Shown here: positions 1 to 7,992 of the stretch, in pieces
Numbering within the stretch: the stretch's first letter is position 1
How the letters are laid out: every line of letters starts with the position of its first letter
Source of the DNA: Elusimicrobiota bacterium
Lineage (GTDB): Bacteria; Elusimicrobiota; Elusimicrobia; F11
Direction of reading: 5' to 3'
DNA length: 22,279 nucleotides
Assembly: GCA_046153645.1 (NCBI GenBank)
Contig: JBJXGI010000013.1
Span: forward strand, 1-22,279
Program-made: the position numbers and the translations under genes
The notes under the pieces: model-generated
The model's database searches: none
Told to the model about the DNA's origin: nothing
What the model saw: only the letters and a program-made list of their open reading frames with translations

Positions 1-118
1 GGGATTTCACATGTTTTGTATTCATACATGTGAATTATCGCCAAAGAAAAATTAGTTGGAGACGGGGAATGGAGTTTAAACATGTTCAATTATCAACAGA
101 ATTTACTAATCCATCCCC

Positions 119-226
119 AATTTGCGACCTTAAAGATTTTAATTCTTTCTTATTAAGCCGAAACATAAAGTCACCTGGGAACCTTTTAATGTTGCGTTTA
201 ACTTGCTCATTTAGTCTTTTGGTGTA
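119..226 (-). pseudogene. Fragment of ORF6N-domain DNA-binding protein gene
   Basis: Translation YTKRLNEQVKRNIKRFPGDFMFRLNKKELKSLRSQI matches the ORF6N core (TKRLNEQVKRN..RFP.DFMF.L...E...LRSQ). Similarity is absent on both sides, and the N-terminal part of ORF 86..316 is read-through of the repeat. Confidence 0.7.
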
Positions 227-234
227 TTTTAATG

Positions 235-377
235 AAAAAGGGCTTGGATTCGTGTCCCCTCCGATCACGGTCCAAGCCCTTGGTGTTGTCGCCCGACGAC
301 CGTCGAATAACAACAAACCTAAAATAGGAATTTTCCGTCGATAAGCGGGTCAATGAAACATCAAATTTTTGTAAAAA
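235..377. repeat. 143-bp structured direct repeat, copy 1
   Basis: Identical to 1020..1162 except at 355/1140 and 367/1152. Contains an 11-bp perfect inverted repeat (238-248/271-281) and a second hairpin (282-319). Confidence 0.95.
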
Positions 378-388
378 GTATTTAATTA

Positions 389-417
389 TTGCACGTAATA
401 CGTTAAATTGGTATTAT
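389..417 (+). promoter_or_regulatory. Sigma70 promoter of higBA with operator-like palindrome
   Basis: TTGCAC(389-394)-17 nt-TATTAT(412-417) with extended TG. Palindrome ACGTA-A-TACGT at 393-403. ATG lies 6 nt after the -10 box. Confidence 0.65.
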
Positions 418-423
418 TCGTAA

Positions 424-714
424 ATGATCGTTAGTTTTGCTGATAAGTCAACCGCTGATATTTTTAATGGCGAGGACACGAAAGAGGCTCGGTCTTTTCC
501 TAAGGAAATTTGGGGAATTGCGCGTCGAAAGCTTGATATGTTAAATGCGACTCATGATATTGTCGATTTGACTGTCCCCCCAGGAAATAGACTTAAAAAG
601 CTAAAAGGGAAGTTCATGCAGTTTTATAGTATTAGAATTAATGATCAATTTAGAATCATTTTTCAATGGAAAGAAAGTAACGTGAAAAACGTCAAAATAA
701 CTGATTATCATTAA
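424..714 (+). CDS. higB: HigB-family (RelE/ParE fold) toxin
   Basis: MIVSFADK...ARRKLDML...DL..PPGNRL..L.G....YSIRINDQFRI.F.W...V.I.DYH, the typical plasmid-killer/HigB signature. Confidence 0.93.
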   Translation: MIVSFADKSTADIFNGEDTKEARSFPKEIWGIARRKLDMLNATHDIVDLTVPPGNRLKKLKGKFMQFYSIRINDQFRIIFQWKESNVKNVKITDYH

Positions 715-743
715 TGGAATGAATTGTTGAGAGGAGAAACCAT

Positions 744-1016
744 ATGATCCCTAAACATCGTAAACCCACACATCCGGGAGAAATTCTTTTAAAAGAATTT
801 CTTGAGCCATTAAATTTGAGCCAGGTTGAATTGGCGAGTAAGATGGACGTGCCCATCCAGCGAATTAATACACTCATTAATGGTAAACGAGGAATGACGG
901 CCGAAACAGCTATTCTTTTGAGTCGTATTTTAAAAACCACTCCTGAGTTTTGGCTTAATCTTCAATCGGCCCATGATCTTTATGAGGCAGAACAATATTT
1001 AAACCGCGCAGCGTAA
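744..1016 (+). CDS. higA: HigA-family HTH antitoxin
   Basis: PTHPGEIL..EFLEPL.LSQ..LA...V...RIN..INGKRG.TAETA..L....TTPEFWLNLQ..DL. SD GAGGAG upstream. Follows the toxin gene. Confidence 0.94.
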   Translation: MIPKHRKPTHPGEILLKEFLEPLNLSQVELASKMDVPIQRINTLINGKRGMTAETAILLSRILKTTPEFWLNLQSAHDLYEAEQYLNRAA

Positions 1017-1019
1017 AAT

Positions 1020-1162
1020 AAAAAGGGCTTGGATTCGTGTCCCCTCCGATCACGGTCCAAGCCCTTGGTGTTGTCGCCCGACGACCGTCGAATAACAACA
1101 AACCTAAAATAGGAATTTTCCGTCGATAAGCGGGTCAATAAAACATCAAATATTTGTAAAAA
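1020..1162. repeat. 143-bp structured direct repeat, copy 2
   Basis: 141/143 identical to 235..377. Begins 3 nt after the higA stop codon. Confidence 0.95.
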
Positions 1163-1182
1163 TTTTCGGATATAATGGTTTT

Positions 1183-1857
1183 ATGAAAAAACTACTCTTT
1201 ATTGGTTTGTCTCTGGGGTTGGTCGGATGTGCGGGGCCAAAGTATCTTGTTAAAGTGGATTCTATTAAAGATGTTTCTTTGACGACCGGAACTCGTTTTA
1301 ATATTCAGCCCGGCGACTTAGATGTTTCTTCTGGTGATTTGCATTTTCGGCTCTATGCGAATAGTTTGAAAAATGTCTTAGAGAAAAAAGGTTGGGAATT
1401 TAAAGCTGCCATTAGTGAAGCTGATATGATTATTCAGTTAAGATACGGAACCGGCGCCCCTGAAACAACCACTCAACTTTATACCACACCTGTTTATTCT
1501 TATGAGGGCGGGCAGCGTGCGACGATTGACCGTGTTGAAAAAGACGGAGATAAAACCAAAACAGTGCGCGAGCAGATCTATGTTCATCCGGAATGGAAAT
1601 TAGTAGATCATCAGGTGAACAAAGTAACCTCGACTTCTTATACTTCCTATGCGGTTATCGAGGCGGTTCTTCCCCATAAACTACCTTCTCAAAAACAATT
1701 TATGCCACTTTGGAAAACAACCATTAAGTTGACTGGCCCAAGTGCTGACTTGCGTTTGACCATGCTTCTTATGTTAGATGCTGTTGAACCTTATTTGGGG
1801 ACAGACACTGGTCAAGAAATTAGTCTCTCTCTGGATCAGAAATTAAATAAAAAGTAA
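1183..1857 (+). CDS. Putative lipoprotein (DUF4136-like)
   Basis: Signal peptide II with lipobox LVGC. TATAAT at 1171-1176, 6 nt before the ATG. The domain call is by resemblance only. Confidence 0.7.
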   Translation: MKKLLFIGLSLGLVGCAGPKYLVKVDSIKDVSLTTGTRFNIQPGDLDVSSGDLHFRLYANSLKNVLEKKGWEFKAAISEADMIIQLRYGTGAPETTTQLYTTPVYSYEGGQRATIDRVEKDGDKTKTVREQIYVHPEWKLVDHQVNKVTSTSYTSYAVIEAVLPHKLPSQKQFMPLWKTTIKLTGPSADLRLTMLLMLDAVEPYLGTDTGQEISLSLDQKLNKK

Positions 1858-1864
1858 TTTTGAA

Positions 1865-3178
1865 TTAAGCTGGTTCTGCAGAAAACTCATAAGAATCATA
1901 TCCCGTCATTTTAGCTTCGATAAATTGTCCACCGCGCGCGGCTTTGGCGGGAAGGCGAATAATGGCGTCAATTTCTGGGGCTTCAAATTTGCTGCGACCT
2001 AAAACTGAATCTCCTTCAGTGTCTTCTAAAATAATTGTTTCAGTCGTTCCCAAACGTTCTTGAGCTTTGATGTGGGCTACATTAAAGTGAGTTGCGGTCA
2101 AGGCTTCTTGGCGTTCTTTTTTTATTTCTTCAGAGAGTTGATTGGTTTTAATTCCAGCGGGAGTTCCTTCTTCAACAGAATAAGTAAACACGCCTAAATA
2201 ATTAAAATGGCCTTCGTTAATAAAATCATTGAGTCTTAAAAACTGCGCTTCGGTTTCACCAGGGTAACCCGTGATAAATGTTGTTCGTAGACTTAAATGA
2301 GGCGCTTTCTTTTTTATTTTTTCAATGAGAGCGCGAACATCTTTTTCTCCCAATTTTCGTTTCATTTCCATCAGCATTGAATCATCAATATGTTGAAGAG
2401 GCATATCAAGATAAGGGAATTTTTCTGGGGAATCGGCCAGCACGCTTAAAAGTTCATCTGAAAATGAATGAGGATGCATATACATGAGGCGAATCCACCT
2501 GAGTCCCGATATATCTTTTAATTTGGATAAAAGTTTCGCCAGGCGCTGTTCTTTGTAAATGTCCCGGCCCCAATCACCTGTGTCTTGACCAATAATTTGG
2601 ATTTCTTGAATTCCCATGTCGGCTAATTTTTTTGCTTCAGCCAAAATCACTTCTTCCGGGCGGCTTTGTAAGCCGCCTCGTAATTTAGGAATAACGCAAA
2701 AGGTACACGGGTGGCTGCATCCTTCAGAAAGTCTTAAATCGGCGGTGGGCCCTTTGCGAGATAAAACGCGCTCGGCATCAGGGTCAGTGAGTCCCCCGGG
2801 GTCACGCCGGTCTAAAAAACGAGCCCTTGGGTTTTTTAGAAGTTCAGGAATTTGAGCCAATTGCCCGGTACCCAAAAAGGCATCAACTTCGGGTAATTCT
2901 TCCATCATTTCTTTTCCGTGTTGTTGAACCATACAACCTGTTACGTAAAGTTTCGTGTTGTTTCCCTTAGCTTGCGCGGCTTCCATAATGGTTTGAATGG
3001 ATTCTTTTTTAGCAGCTTCAATAAACGAGCAAGTGTGAACAACAATGGCATCAGCTTCAGTTGGATCTTGTTCAATACCAAAACCGTTTTTCTTGAGGAG
3101 GCCCGTTAAGTTCTCCGTATCATTGGTGTTTTTGGCACAGCCAAGTGTGATGATTGATATTTTTTTAGAGTTTGGCAT
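1865..3178 (-). CDS. rimO: Ribosomal protein S12 methylthiotransferase RimO
   Basis: LGCAKN..D.E, TCSFIEAAKKESI, radical SAM motif CSHPCTFC, PYLDMPLQH, LRTTFITGYPGET, C-terminal GRS..EAPEID TRAM domain. Confidence 0.93.
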   Translation of the reverse strand: MPNSKKISIITLGCAKNTNDTENLTGLLKKNGFGIEQDPTEADAIVVHTCSFIEAAKKESIQTIMEAAQAKGNNTKLYVTGCMVQQHGKEMMEELPEVDAFLGTGQLAQIPELLKNPRARFLDRRDPGGLTDPDAERVLSRKGPTADLRLSEGCSHPCTFCVIPKLRGGLQSRPEEVILAEAKKLADMGIQEIQIIGQDTGDWGRDIYKEQRLAKLLSKLKDISGLRWIRLMYMHPHSFSDELLSVLADSPEKFPYLDMPLQHIDDSMLMEMKRKLGEKDVRALIEKIKKKAPHLSLRTTFITGYPGETEAQFLRLNDFINEGHFNYLGVFTYSVEEGTPAGIKTNQLSEEIKKERQEALTATHFNVAHIKAQERLGTTETIILEDTEGDSVLGRSKFEAPEIDAIIRLPAKAARGGQFIEAKMTGYDSYEFSAEPA

Positions 3179-3182
3179 ATCT

Positions 3183-3662
3183 TTAGGCTGCTAATTTGAA
3201 CGCAATTCGATCATAGTCAACGATGGGAGTTTTGATGGTTCGGCCAGAGACGACAGTTTTTACAATTCTGATAACATCGATTTCCTCAAAGAAAAGAATA
3301 ATTTTATTCAAGTTGGAAACATCCATACCAGATATTTTTGCCAATTCATAGATTGATTTAGGCTTAAACACTAGAATGTCAGAGAGAATGTGAATATTTT
3401 TAATAAATCGATCAAAATCAATTTTGTTATCAAATGAAACCTCATAATGAGGTTCTTTTAATTTATGAGATTTAGCTTTTTCATACGCATTCTTGAAATC
3501 GTTTAAAACCGCATGCGATGTTTTTAGAGATATTGTTAACTGTTTCATAATTTTACTCCCATCTGGGTATCGATCTGATTTTCCCACGTTATACATTTCT
3601 ATTTCGAGAATATAGCGCTGCTTAAGCCAAGCCTTATTCCGGTAAATCAATTGGGCCTTCAT
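3183..3662 (-). CDS. HVO_A0114-like HTH antitoxin, fused in frame to an N-terminal stub of a DUF6516-like toxin
   Basis: From M39 (codon at 3548, own GGGAG RBS): MK.L.I.L...P.SIYELAK..G.D..N.......EID.I....GR..K.P.VDYDRI. The first ~36 aa (MKAQLIYRNK...ILEIEMY.V..SDRYPDG) resemble a DUF6516 toxin N-terminus. Confidence 0.65.
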   Translation of the reverse strand: MKAQLIYRNKAWLKQRYILEIEMYNVGKSDRYPDGSKIMKQLTISLKTSHAVLNDFKNAYEKAKSHKLKEPHYEVSFDNKIDFDRFIKNIHILSDILVFKPKSIYELAKISGMDVSNLNKIILFFEEIDVIRIVKTVVSGRTIKTPIVDYDRIAFKLAA

Positions 3663-3673
3663 ATATTGGTTGA

Positions 3674-3701
3674 ATTATACCGCTATTATGGCTTAAATCA
3701 A
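3674..3701 (-). promoter_or_regulatory. Sigma70 promoter upstream of the TA remnant and rimO
   Basis: Minus strand TTGATT(3701-3696)-16 nt-TATAAT(3679-3674), 11 nt before the ATG at 3662. Confidence 0.55.
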
Positions 3702-3833
3702 GGTGGTCGTTTTTTGAAAATTGCCTTGAGGTTGATGTGTGAAAGTTATCTGTTGAATACTCCTCAATATTGTTTCAAACTTTAGCTATGTCAAAATTGA
3801 AGCAGAATATTTGTTGGTCTGTATAAACGGAAA

Positions 3834-4244
3834 ATGAGAAAAAAGCTCATCATCATTTTTTTAGTGATAGTTTTGTTGACGGTGATGATCTGGCTTTTCG
3901 TCACCCCACCAAACCGGTTTTGTTCGTCGTGTTATGCGTTCACTGTGTTCAATCATTTGCCAATTCCCTTGATTGATATTCAAGTCAAATCAGATGGATC
4001 TTTCAGAAAAGTTCCGAAAACCCATGATCTTCGTCTCGCCAATATACAGTGGTTAATTGATGACAATCCAGAAGTGTTAGTTATTAGTTTAGGTTGGTCA
4101 AGGGTAGTTAAGCCGCGGCAAGAGATTTATGACTTCAAAGGATGTAAGATTCATTTGCTTCCAAATGCTGAAGCGATCGAATTATTTAATACCCTTCAAA
4201 AGGAAGGGAAGCGAGTAGCCATTCAGTATCACTCGACGTGCTAA
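3834..4244 (+). CDS. Mth938/AAMDC-like (DUF498) domain protein with N-terminal membrane anchor
   Basis: H.L....L....PEVLVI..G...V......AI..FN.L...GKRVA..HSTC C-terminus. Hydrophobic N-terminal helix. Confidence 0.75.
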   Translation: MRKKLIIIFLVIVLLTVMIWLFVTPPNRFCSSCYAFTVFNHLPIPLIDIQVKSDGSFRKVPKTHDLRLANIQWLIDDNPEVLVISLGWSRVVKPRQEIYDFKGCKIHLLPNAEAIELFNTLQKEGKRVAIQYHSTC

Positions 4245-4305
4245 CAAAAAAAGATTGCACCGGCAGCCCAATCAATCGTCAGACTGTGGAAAAACTTCCT
4301 CCGTT

Positions 4306-4827
4306 TTATGAGGTTTTATATGTCTTGGTTTTCTTTAATTCACAAAATGAATTTCGACTCAGATGATCTTTAAAAACAACTAAATTTGTACATTCTTCTC
4401 CCACGGCGGAAGGAACAATCATTCCTTCAAACCCCATGTTTCGTGCGTCCCTGGCGATTGCCTGAGGTTCAGAGAAATCATCTTGTGCTGTCAACCTTGT
4501 CACTGACGTTCCTAAAAGCTGGACGATATTCATATCGGTTAGATCAAGGACATGTTTTAACGTAACAGTAAAACTTCCTAAGACCTGTGGCCTCAAATAC
4601 ACACTCTTTCCGAAAGCTTGTTTTAGTTTCTCTTTGAAAGCACATTTCGGATGAGAAGCAAGATATAAAACGCCAAACTCCCCTTTCGGATTATATCTCC
4701 ACCCTGTCAAAATGGAATGACCAATCTCATCAATTTGAGATGAATATTCGGCATTAACCATTCGGTAAAATAATTTATTTTTTAGTGGTTTTCCAGGAAG
4801 GAGATCTTTAAGTTTCGATAGATTCAA
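4306..4827 (-). CDS. RES-domain toxin (NAD+ phosphorylase/ADP-ribosyltransferase-like)
   Basis: FYR, G.RYNP....LYLA.....A..E, VLDLTD, Q.IA..AR..GFEG.IVPSA...NLVVF. R, E and S motifs are all present. Confidence 0.9.
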   Translation of the reverse strand: MNLSKLKDLLPGKPLKNKLFYRMVNAEYSSQIDEIGHSILTGWRYNPKGEFGVLYLASHPKCAFKEKLKQAFGKSVYLRPQVLGSFTVTLKHVLDLTDMNIVQLLGTSVTRLTAQDDFSEPQAIARDARNMGFEGMIVPSAVGEECTNLVVFKDHLSRNSFCELKKTKTYKTS

Positions 4828-5201
4828 GCAGGAAAGCCATACTTCATGGCGGACAAAAGTGAAATGACTTTTTCAAGTTCCTTGTCGGATCGGAGGCATT
4901 TGATGGGAGCCACATCATTTAAATAGGGGTTGGGTGTTTTCAACCACTTAACGGCCCCTTTTTCCGTCATTGCCTGGGTCGCTTCTTCAAAAACTTTTTC
5001 AATTCGATTAAAAATTTTAACCGTTTCCTGGCGAGGTTTATGATGCTTTTTTATGATTCTGTTCAGTTGTAATTCAGACACGTCCACGCCTTGCGCAATC
5101 GTTTGAGCAGGTAAATCCATGATTTTCATGAGAGTGATTAAGTGATCAGAAACATTTTCGGCCGTTAAAGGCTCATGCTGGATGAAGTCATTTGTTTTCA
5201 T
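4824..5201 (-). CDS. Xre/MbcA/ParS-type antitoxin
   Basis: N-terminal HTH plus C-terminal A..WL.TPNPYL....PI..L.......V..LL..M.YGFPA. 4-nt overlap with the RES gene. Confidence 0.88.
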   Translation of the reverse strand: MKTNDFIQHEPLTAENVSDHLITLMKIMDLPAQTIAQGVDVSELQLNRIIKKHHKPRQETVKIFNRIEKVFEEATQAMTEKGAVKWLKTPNPYLNDVAPIKCLRSDKELEKVISLLSAMKYGFPA

Positions 5202-5208
5202 ATTATTA

Positions 5209-5236
5209 ATTATATTTGTGATATGTCATTTGTCAA
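5209..5236 (-). promoter_or_regulatory. Consensus sigma70 promoter of the Xre-RES operon
   Basis: Minus strand TTGACA(5236-5231)-16 nt-TATAAT(5214-5209), 7 nt before the ATG at 5201. Confidence 0.75.
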
Positions 5237-5397
5237 TACAAAATTAGCCTAGAAAACAATGCCGGTTCTTAAGCCCACCTGCTGACAGGCAGAGTCCCAT
5301 CTCTCTATTGTTGTTCTTTCTTCATAAAGAATCTCATAAATTTTGGTATGATCCACCCCAGCACGTTTCCGACGTAAAGATGTCCCAAGGAGAATCA

Positions 5398-7992
5398 ATG
5401 ATGAGAGCGATCATCCTCGCTGGCGGGTTCGGAACCCGTCTTCGTCCCCTAACTATTAATTTACCTAAACCCATGGCTCCGGTTGTCAATCAGCCCATGA
5501 TGGAGCACGTCGTGCGCCTATGTGAAAAGCATGGGTTTAAAGATATTTTATCCATGCTGCACTACTCTCCTGATGTGATTAAACGGCACTTTGAAAGTGG
5601 AAAAAATTGGGATGTACAAATGTCCTATCTTCGCCCTGAAGTTGATTTGGGAACGGCGGGTTGTATCCGATTTGCGGCCGATCAAGAAGAACATAAAGTT
5701 CTAAATCATGAACCTTTTCTTATTATGTCGGGCGATGTGTTGACGGACATTGATATCACGAAAGCCTGGGCTTATCATCACGAAAAAAAAGCAGCTGCAA
5801 CCCTTATTTTAACTCGCAGTATTAAACCTTTGGCCTATGGAGTTGTGATCACAGATAAAGAAGGGAAAATTAACCGTTTCTTAGAAAAACCCACTTGGGG
5901 GGAAGTTTTTTCTGACACGATTAACACCGGGATCTATATTTTAAGTCCTGAAGTCATTAAGCTTATTCCTGAAAACCAACCATTTGATTTCTCAAAAAAT
6001 TTATTCCCAAAAATGATGGAAAAAGGCATGCCACTTTATGGATATGTGGCTGAAGGTTATTGGAAAGATATTGGAGATTTAACTGAATATCGAATGTCTC
6101 ATATCGACGCCTTAACCGGAAAAGCGTCTTTAAAAATACCTGGGATACCACACCCTGATTATCCCAATGTGTGGGTGGGGGAAAATACGCAAATTGAAGC
6201 GGGCGTGCGTTTCTCTGGGAATGTTGTTATTGGAAAAAATTGTCACATTGGTCGCGACGTTGAAATGACGCAATCTGTTATTGGGAATCATGTTCACATT
6301 AGCTCGGGGGCCAGTATTCGAGGTTCTGTTGTTTGGGATAGGTCTATTATTGGCGCTGAAACAGATTTAAGAGAAGCCGTGATTGCGCGCGGTGTTCGCA
6401 TTGGTCAAAGAGCGCGCGTGGAAGTGGGGGCGGTTGTTGCCAGTCGATGTGAAATTGGTTCTGATGCGGTTCTTAAGCCCGGTGTTAAAATGTGGCCGGA
6501 GAAAATTTTAGAAGACGGAGCTGTGTTATCCAGTTCTCTTGTTTGGGGTGAAAGATGGACTCACCAGTTATTTGGAAATGCGGGTATTACAGGGCTTGCG
6601 AATACAGAAGTCACACCAGAATTTGCCGCCAAGTTGGGGGCCGCCTACGGCGCGCTTTTAGGAACAGGATCTTATGTGATTACTTCCAGAGACGCTCACA
6701 AAGCCAGTCGACTTATTAAACGGGCCCTTATTTCTGGTTTATTATCGAGTGGAGTGAAGGTGGGAGATTTGAGAATGGTTCCTGTTCCTATTGTTCGTTA
6801 TGAAATGGGAAAAGAAGGGGAAAGTGGTGGTGTCCATGTAAGGCTTTCACCTTTTGACGCTCGCCAAGTTGATATTCGAATTTTTGATCGAGACGGAAAT
6901 GATTTGTCTGTTGGAAAAGAAAAGGCGATTGAACAACTTTTTATGCGTGAAGATTTTAAGCGCGCTTCTGTTTTTGATGTGGGAGAAATTACAGTTCCTC
7001 CCAGAATCCAGGAATATTATCGAACGGGATTTTTGAAAAATATAAATGCCAATACTCTTAAACACCGAAAATTTAAAGTTGTTATTGATTATTCTCATTC
7101 AGCGGCTTCCATGATTTTGCCGGATTTACTGGGCGAGTTGGGTGTTGAGAGCGTGGCGTTAAACGCAAATACTTCAACGACTCATGTCACTCGGTCTGAT
7201 GCGGAATTTCAGCGGTCATTGCATGAACTATCTAATATTGTGACCACGCTCAAAGCCGATGCTGGTTTTCTTATTGATAATGGAGCAGAAAAACTATTCA
7301 TCATTAATGAATTAGGTCACATCATTCCATCAGAAGAAGCGCTTGTTTTAGTGGGAATGTTGGTTTTAAAAGCGCACAAACAAGATGTGATTGCTTACCC
7401 CGTCAGAGGCACGTCGCTTCTAGAGCAATTGGCTAGTAAATTGGGATCAACCGCCCTTAGAACCCCTATAAATCCACGACATATTTTAGATTATGCTCGC
7501 CGCCCCAATATGGGTTTTGTCGGTGACGCTGATGGTGGATTTATTTTTCCAAAGTTTCAGCCAGCCTTTGATGCGATGTATGCGGTGGCGCACATTTTAG
7601 AACTCTTATGCGAAAATAATACTTCTTTAGGTCAATTTTGGAGTCACACGGCCAACCCCATTCATGTTCAACATCGACGTATTCCCTGCCCTTGGAGTAA
7701 AAAAGGACAAGTGATGCGTTTGGCACAAGTGGCTTCCGAAGGTCAACAAGTTGAATTAATTGATGGTGTGAAAATATATTTACCTGAGGGTTGGGTGTTG
7801 GTATTACCTGATGGCGCTGAAGCCTATTGTCATTTATGGGCAGAAGCTAAAACAGAAAAAGGCGCACAAGAATATTTAGATCTCTATTCCGCTAAAGTTC
7901 AAGAATGGCAAAAAGTAGACGATGATAATTACGCAAAAGACATCTCCCTCCGCGATAAAGACATTAAAAAAGAGTTAAAGGAAAAGATATGA
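5398..7992 (+). CDS. Mannose-1-phosphate guanylyltransferase fused to LbH repeats and a phosphomannomutase-like domain
   Basis: AIILAGGFGTRLRPLT..PKPM, EKP, YWKDIG, hexapeptide repeats, then a PGM/PMM fold (LFG..GI.GLAN.E.TPEFA.KLG; DGVKI....WVL..P). Start moved to the ATG at 5398 or 5401 after SD AAGGAG (5387-5392). Confidence 0.88.
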   Translation: MMRAIILAGGFGTRLRPLTINLPKPMAPVVNQPMMEHVVRLCEKHGFKDILSMLHYSPDVIKRHFESGKNWDVQMSYLRPEVDLGTAGCIRFAADQEEHKVLNHEPFLIMSGDVLTDIDITKAWAYHHEKKAAATLILTRSIKPLAYGVVITDKEGKINRFLEKPTWGEVFSDTINTGIYILSPEVIKLIPENQPFDFSKNLFPKMMEKGMPLYGYVAEGYWKDIGDLTEYRMSHIDALTGKASLKIPGIPHPDYPNVWVGENTQIEAGVRFSGNVVIGKNCHIGRDVEMTQSVIGNHVHISSGASIRGSVVWDRSIIGAETDLREAVIARGVRIGQRARVEVGAVVASRCEIGSDAVLKPGVKMWPEKILEDGAVLSSSLVWGERWTHQLFGNAGITGLANTEVTPEFAAKLGAAYGALLGTGSYVITSRDAHKASRLIKRALISGLLSSGVKVGDLRMVPVPIVRYEMGKEGESGGVHVRLSPFDARQVDIRIFDRDGNDLSVGKEKAIEQLFMREDFKRASVFDVGEITVPPRIQEYYRTGFLKNINANTLKHRKFKVVIDYSHSAASMILPDLLGELGVESVALNANTSTTHVTRSDAEFQRSLHELSNIVTTLKADAGFLIDNGAEKLFIINELGHIIPSEEALVLVGMLVLKAHKQDVIAYPVRGTSLLEQLASKLGSTALRTPINPRHILDYARRPNMGFVGDADGGFIFPKFQPAFDAMYAVAHILELLCENNTSLGQFWSHTANPIHVQHRRIPCPWSKKGQVMRLAQVASEGQQVELIDGVKIYLPEGWVLVLPDGAEAYCHLWAEAKTEKGAQEYLDLYSAKVQEWQKVDDDNYAKDISLRDKDIKKELKEKI

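Noticed and set aside
30..344. ORF 30..344 (+), and ORF 86..316 (-) as a full gene
   Set aside because: Both run through the structured repeat. Only the ORF6N fragment at 119-226 looks protein-like.
235..1162. Direct repeats as a CRISPR array, attC sites or IS ends
   Set aside because: Only two copies, 143 bp long with a 642-bp gene-containing interval. No GTTRRRY/RYYYAAC ends, no cas, intI or transposase gene, and the orientation is direct rather than inverted.
5274..5293. CCCACCTGCTGACAGGCAGA, resembling CCTGCC..GGCAGG-type short palindromic repeats
   Set aside because: Single degenerate copy in the window, which cannot be supported as a repeat family.
5308..5397. N-terminal extension of the 894-aa ORF from the TTG at 5308
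   Set aside because: Family homology and the SD point to the ATG at 5398 or 5401.
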